Assembly: GCA_951406725.2 (NCBI GenBank)
Contig: OX597814.1
Location: 84,940,001 to 85,004,000 of the forward strand
DNA length: 64,000 bases
From: Octopus vulgaris
Taxonomy: Eukaryota
Direction of reading: 5' to 3'
Shown: piece after piece, positions 60,239 through 64,000 of the stretch
How positions within the stretch are numbered: the stretch's first letter is position 1
How the letters are laid out: each line of letters begins with the position of its first letter
Translations under genes and position numbers: made by a program
Notes under the pieces: generated by a model
What the model saw: the letters and a program-made list of their open reading frames with translations, nothing else
Told to the model about the DNA's origin: nothing
Databases searched by the model: none

Positions 60239-60942
60239 TATTCTCAGTGTGATAAGCTGGAACTTAAAATTACAGATATAATCAATCCATTTCACAAGCT
60301 TCCACACAGTTTCCATCTACTCAGTTACACTTAACAAGTCTTGAGCCCACTTGATTCTATGATAAAAGACATTTACCCAAGATACCATACAGTTGAACTA
60401 AACCCAGCACTTAGTGATTGCAAAGAGACCTTCTTAACCATTCATCCATACTGTGTCTATGCATATGTAAGTGGGTGTACTTGCATCTGTTCAAAGATAT
60501 CTATGCACTCAGACACAGATAAATGTACAGAGAAAGGGCAGAATGAGATGATTGCGCACAACTGTTTGAATGCTGGTGATTTGGCACAGCTGACTGGACA
60601 ATGAACCTGTTTTGCAGACAGTACATTTTAGAACTAGAGGCAAACATACATACACCTGCACAAGGATATATACACATACAAATATATATATAAAGAGAGA
60701 GGGAGGGAGAGAGAGAAATTACAATTTATTAATTTCTTTCTACTCATACACAATCAGAAATATGCTCACACACATAAACAGAGAAAGTAGGGAAAAACAA
60801 GAGAAATGTAAAAAAAAGTCTGATGTCAAATAAGCTAGTATTGAATACATCTTATACGTGAGACAGGAATATAAACATAGCTAGACACACATATATGCAT
60901 ACAATTCACATAATACAAAAAGAATAAATCTTTTGTACTTAC

Positions 60943-61062
60943 TGGCTGTGCAGATTGCAAAAACCATTTGTAAGGAATCAAAGAACAAAAACATAACCAA
61001 GAGAGAAACTGAAGCTGCAATTGGTAAAAACATGGCTTGGCATGTGTCAATGGTTTGAACAT
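60943..61062 (-). CDS. SPPL3: Internal coding exon of signal peptide peptidase-like 3 (GxGD aspartyl intramembrane protease)
   Basis: TCTATTTCAG|ATGTTCAAACC...TGCACAGCCA|GTAAGT; 120 bp, phase 1/1. Encodes [39 protein letters not shown], close to recalled vertebrate SPPL3 [39 protein letters not shown]. Confidence 0.95.
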
Positions 61063-61826
61063 CTGAAATAGATAATTGTAATAATAAATATACAAGAATT
61101 AATAAAATTAACAAAAATATTTTTTTAAGGTTGTGATTATTATTTATTCTATTTCCAAAGATGGTAAATACCTAAATATTTAGATTTCAGCTCTCATATA
61201 AAGAAACAGCAAAATAAGAAGAGGCAGAGTACTAAGCTCAACCCCTACATAACTACATTCTATCTCAAATGACTACATATAAAACACAAACCATAACATC
61301 ACATTATAATCTGCTGAAATAAATGACATTAATGTACACAATAACTATAATGTTTTGCAGACATGAGTAGAAAAGCTAAAGAATTCGATTGATTTAGCTT
61401 TGAAATGGAACATAGTGTGGTATTTAATTAAGAAATGTATCCATCATCTCATTTTTTTTATTGGTCAACTTGAATTTATAAACAATTATTTCAGTAAAGA
61501 CACTGACAGATTACCTTATAAGGAAAAATATAGCAAGTTCCAGAATATAGCCAAATTCGGATTTGTGTTGTAAGAACATTTTCATTAAGCATTGTTAGAA
61601 TATTTGTGTGTGTTTTTGCTTTTGGTTTTTTTTTTCTTGTCCAGAAATGTAACTAACTGTGAAATGAGAAAAGAAAATTCTTCTGGCTATTTATGTTCAG
61701 AGTTCAAATACTGCCAAGATCAACTAGGGATCAAGAAAATAAAGTACTAGTCAAGCACTGGGGTCAATGTAATCAGCTAATTCCCTCTCTCTAAAAATAA
61801 ATGCTGGCCTTGTACCAAAATTTGAA

Positions 61827-61869
<43 letters not shown>

Positions 61870-62054
61870 TCCTTCTTCTTATTATTATCATCATCATCAT
61901 CATAGTGGTGAACAGGCAGAAACATTACCATGCCAAACAAAATGCTTAGCAGCATTTCTTCAAGATTTATGTTCTGAGTTCAGATGCTACTGAAGCTGAT
62001 TTTGTCTTTCATCTTTCCAGGGTCAATAAAATCAGTGCCTGTTGAACACTGATT

Positions 62055-62592
62055 CCTTACTTGCCTGATAAGGATACACCAGGCATATGCATCACAACTA
62101 TACGTGCAAGACATAATCATATCAAGATAATCAAAGAGTGCATGGCCTTGCAGGTGGAGCCCAGTTAGAATTTTCTTCAGGTCAAGTAGCCCATCCCACT
62201 CAAAATGTCCTTGAATAAGGGTTATTTAAGGATGATGAACAAATCACCCATGTTTCCAGGGGTGAACTATTCAAGCCCCAAAGAATTCCTCTCAACACAT
62301 TGGCTATGATGTTTCCCCACTGCACCTGCTTGTGATCAAAGATGCACATATCGTCAGCCACTAAGGGACATGTTCAACTGGTTACAGCCAAGCAAGTGAC
62401 AAACAAATCTGTGGTATTGAGCAAAATATTTGCTGTAGCCCATCTTTTACACCAAGACAAAACATGTACATGATAACAATTCCAATCAGTTAAGATTAGA
62501 AGAGCCACTGCCAGGTATTGCATCAGGACATCTTGGTGTTGCATCAGGACATCCTGGTATTGTATCAGGGCATCCTGGTATTGCATCAGAGC
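62055..62592 (-). mobile_element. Second copy of the 45971-type retroposon, with four tandem 21-bp units at its 5' end
   Basis: Aligns by eye to 46045-46513. Units CCTGGTATTGCATCAGGACAT at about 62511-62592. Confidence 0.8.
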
Positions 62593-62649
62593 TATCATCA
62601 TCATCATCATCATTATGTTGCAATGTATTGACACTATAAACATGATTAG

Positions 62650-63052
62650 TTTTATTTATTATGAGATCACAACCTATGGTCAACCATCAGAAGCATTCGT
62701 ATTCCTTCTATTAAGGTCCTTCCATACTGATCATATCTGTATCAAGGACTTCAAGGACTTGGCAGATAATTCTTGCTGGCCTGAGAAACACGTTTTCTGC
62801 ACTGCTCTTACTTTCAGATTAGGATATAACTTTCCAAGGTTTTACTTTCAAATTCTTCATCACAGCTCCCAAATACCCAATGATAATTGGTTAGATCATA
62901 ACCTTGTCAACTTCTTTAATCCATAACTTGAGAACTTCATACTTGAAATCAAGTATAATAATCTTTTTTTTTTCTCTATTTTCTTGTCTCTGGTTTCAAA
63001 TGTACATGTCACATCAATTACAAGACATACTTTCTTCTTCTGATTAACAGTC
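62650..63052 (-). mobile_element. Dong/R4-like RLE domain and 3' UTR
   Basis: VNQKKKVCLVIDVTCTFETR..K(E)K..Y.DFKYEVLKLW..V.I*PIIIGYLGAV..VQKTC..ARIICQVL across frameshifts. The 5' truncation lies in an (ATT)n tract. Confidence 0.82.
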
Positions 63053-64000
63053 ATTATCATAATTATGATTATTATTATTATTACTATTAGGTGATTAAGA
63101 TGAGACAGCATAAAGTCAAGCTGTGGTTTTATGTTATTCATAAAATGATGAATTATTAATCCAAGTTCAAATTTCAATGCAGCCTTCTTCCCTCTGGACT
63201 CAGCAAGATGATGAATTGTCACTAGATAGTTACCCAGGTTAATGATATCAATTATATTATCTCCACTGACAAAAATTATCAAGAAATAATAATCATCAAC
63301 ATATTTTCTATGCTATATAGATTGATAATATCATTAATGTATTAAATACCATTTAATTAGAAAACAATATCTATGTAACAGAAATGATACCTTCCTCAAA
63401 AAAGGAAGCGAGAAAAAACTGCATTCAACAGAGAATAATATTAATCATTATCATAAACATCATGTTTGTTTTCTTTTGCTGCTATGGATAAACAAGTCTC
63501 ATGAAGAATATACTACATAATTAATTCTTCTGAACAAATCCAGCCTTCTTTGGCATTTTTTTACTTCCATATATTTCCAATCCAAAGAACACAATTTCAT
63601 TGTTCTCAGGTAAATAAACATTCCTAGGTGGAGTCAGTTCTGTCAACATATCCATTGACTAATTATGGCTTTAAGCTAATGTTGACACAACTATTTGGCT
63701 ACAGTGGCTAGCCAACATTCAAGCTAATTAACTCTATAAACAATATTAAGATTGTGATTTTTGTGAAGTGGTCCATCTGTGTATGCATGCGCACACACAC
63801 ACACACATGCACTCTCATGCATTTGCATACACACAAATATGCACGTGCACACACACACACACAAACAAACAAACAAACACACCTTGACAACTTATCACAG
63901 AACAATAGAAAATTTATTAATTGCGAAACAGAAAACTGTTTATTGCTGTGTAAATACATCATAATTAGGCAATAACAAAAGAAATAGAGCTTTCTTTTTG

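Overview
AT-rich, repeat-dominated eukaryotic DNA. The SINE, LINE and microsatellite content points to a coleoid cephalopod, most likely Octopus (inference from recognised repeat families). Almost all long ORFs in the track are microsatellite artefacts. The only confident host coding sequence is one 120-bp minus-strand exon of SPPL3 (60943-61062). The rest is tRNA-derived SINEs, decayed LINEs (Tx1/L1, RTE, CR1/Jockey-like, Dong/R4-like), a degenerate Helitron with PIF1-helicase remnants plus non-autonomous Helitrons, an internally deleted piggyBac, a hAT MITE, a 236-bp tandem repeat beside a 100-N gap, and kb-scale TA-rich arrays. The most striking signal is two unrelated fold-back palindromes of about 350 and 420 bp (20121-20467, 51685-52107), each embedded in (TA)n arrays. 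Each carries outward-facing hammerhead-ribozyme motifs of the minimal Penelope-like type; one at 20330-20373 has an intact core. A CpG-decay boundary near 14-21 kb and a T/A skew flip near the gap suggest a methylated gene body and possibly a mis-oriented contig. All alignments, folds and family assignments were made by eye.
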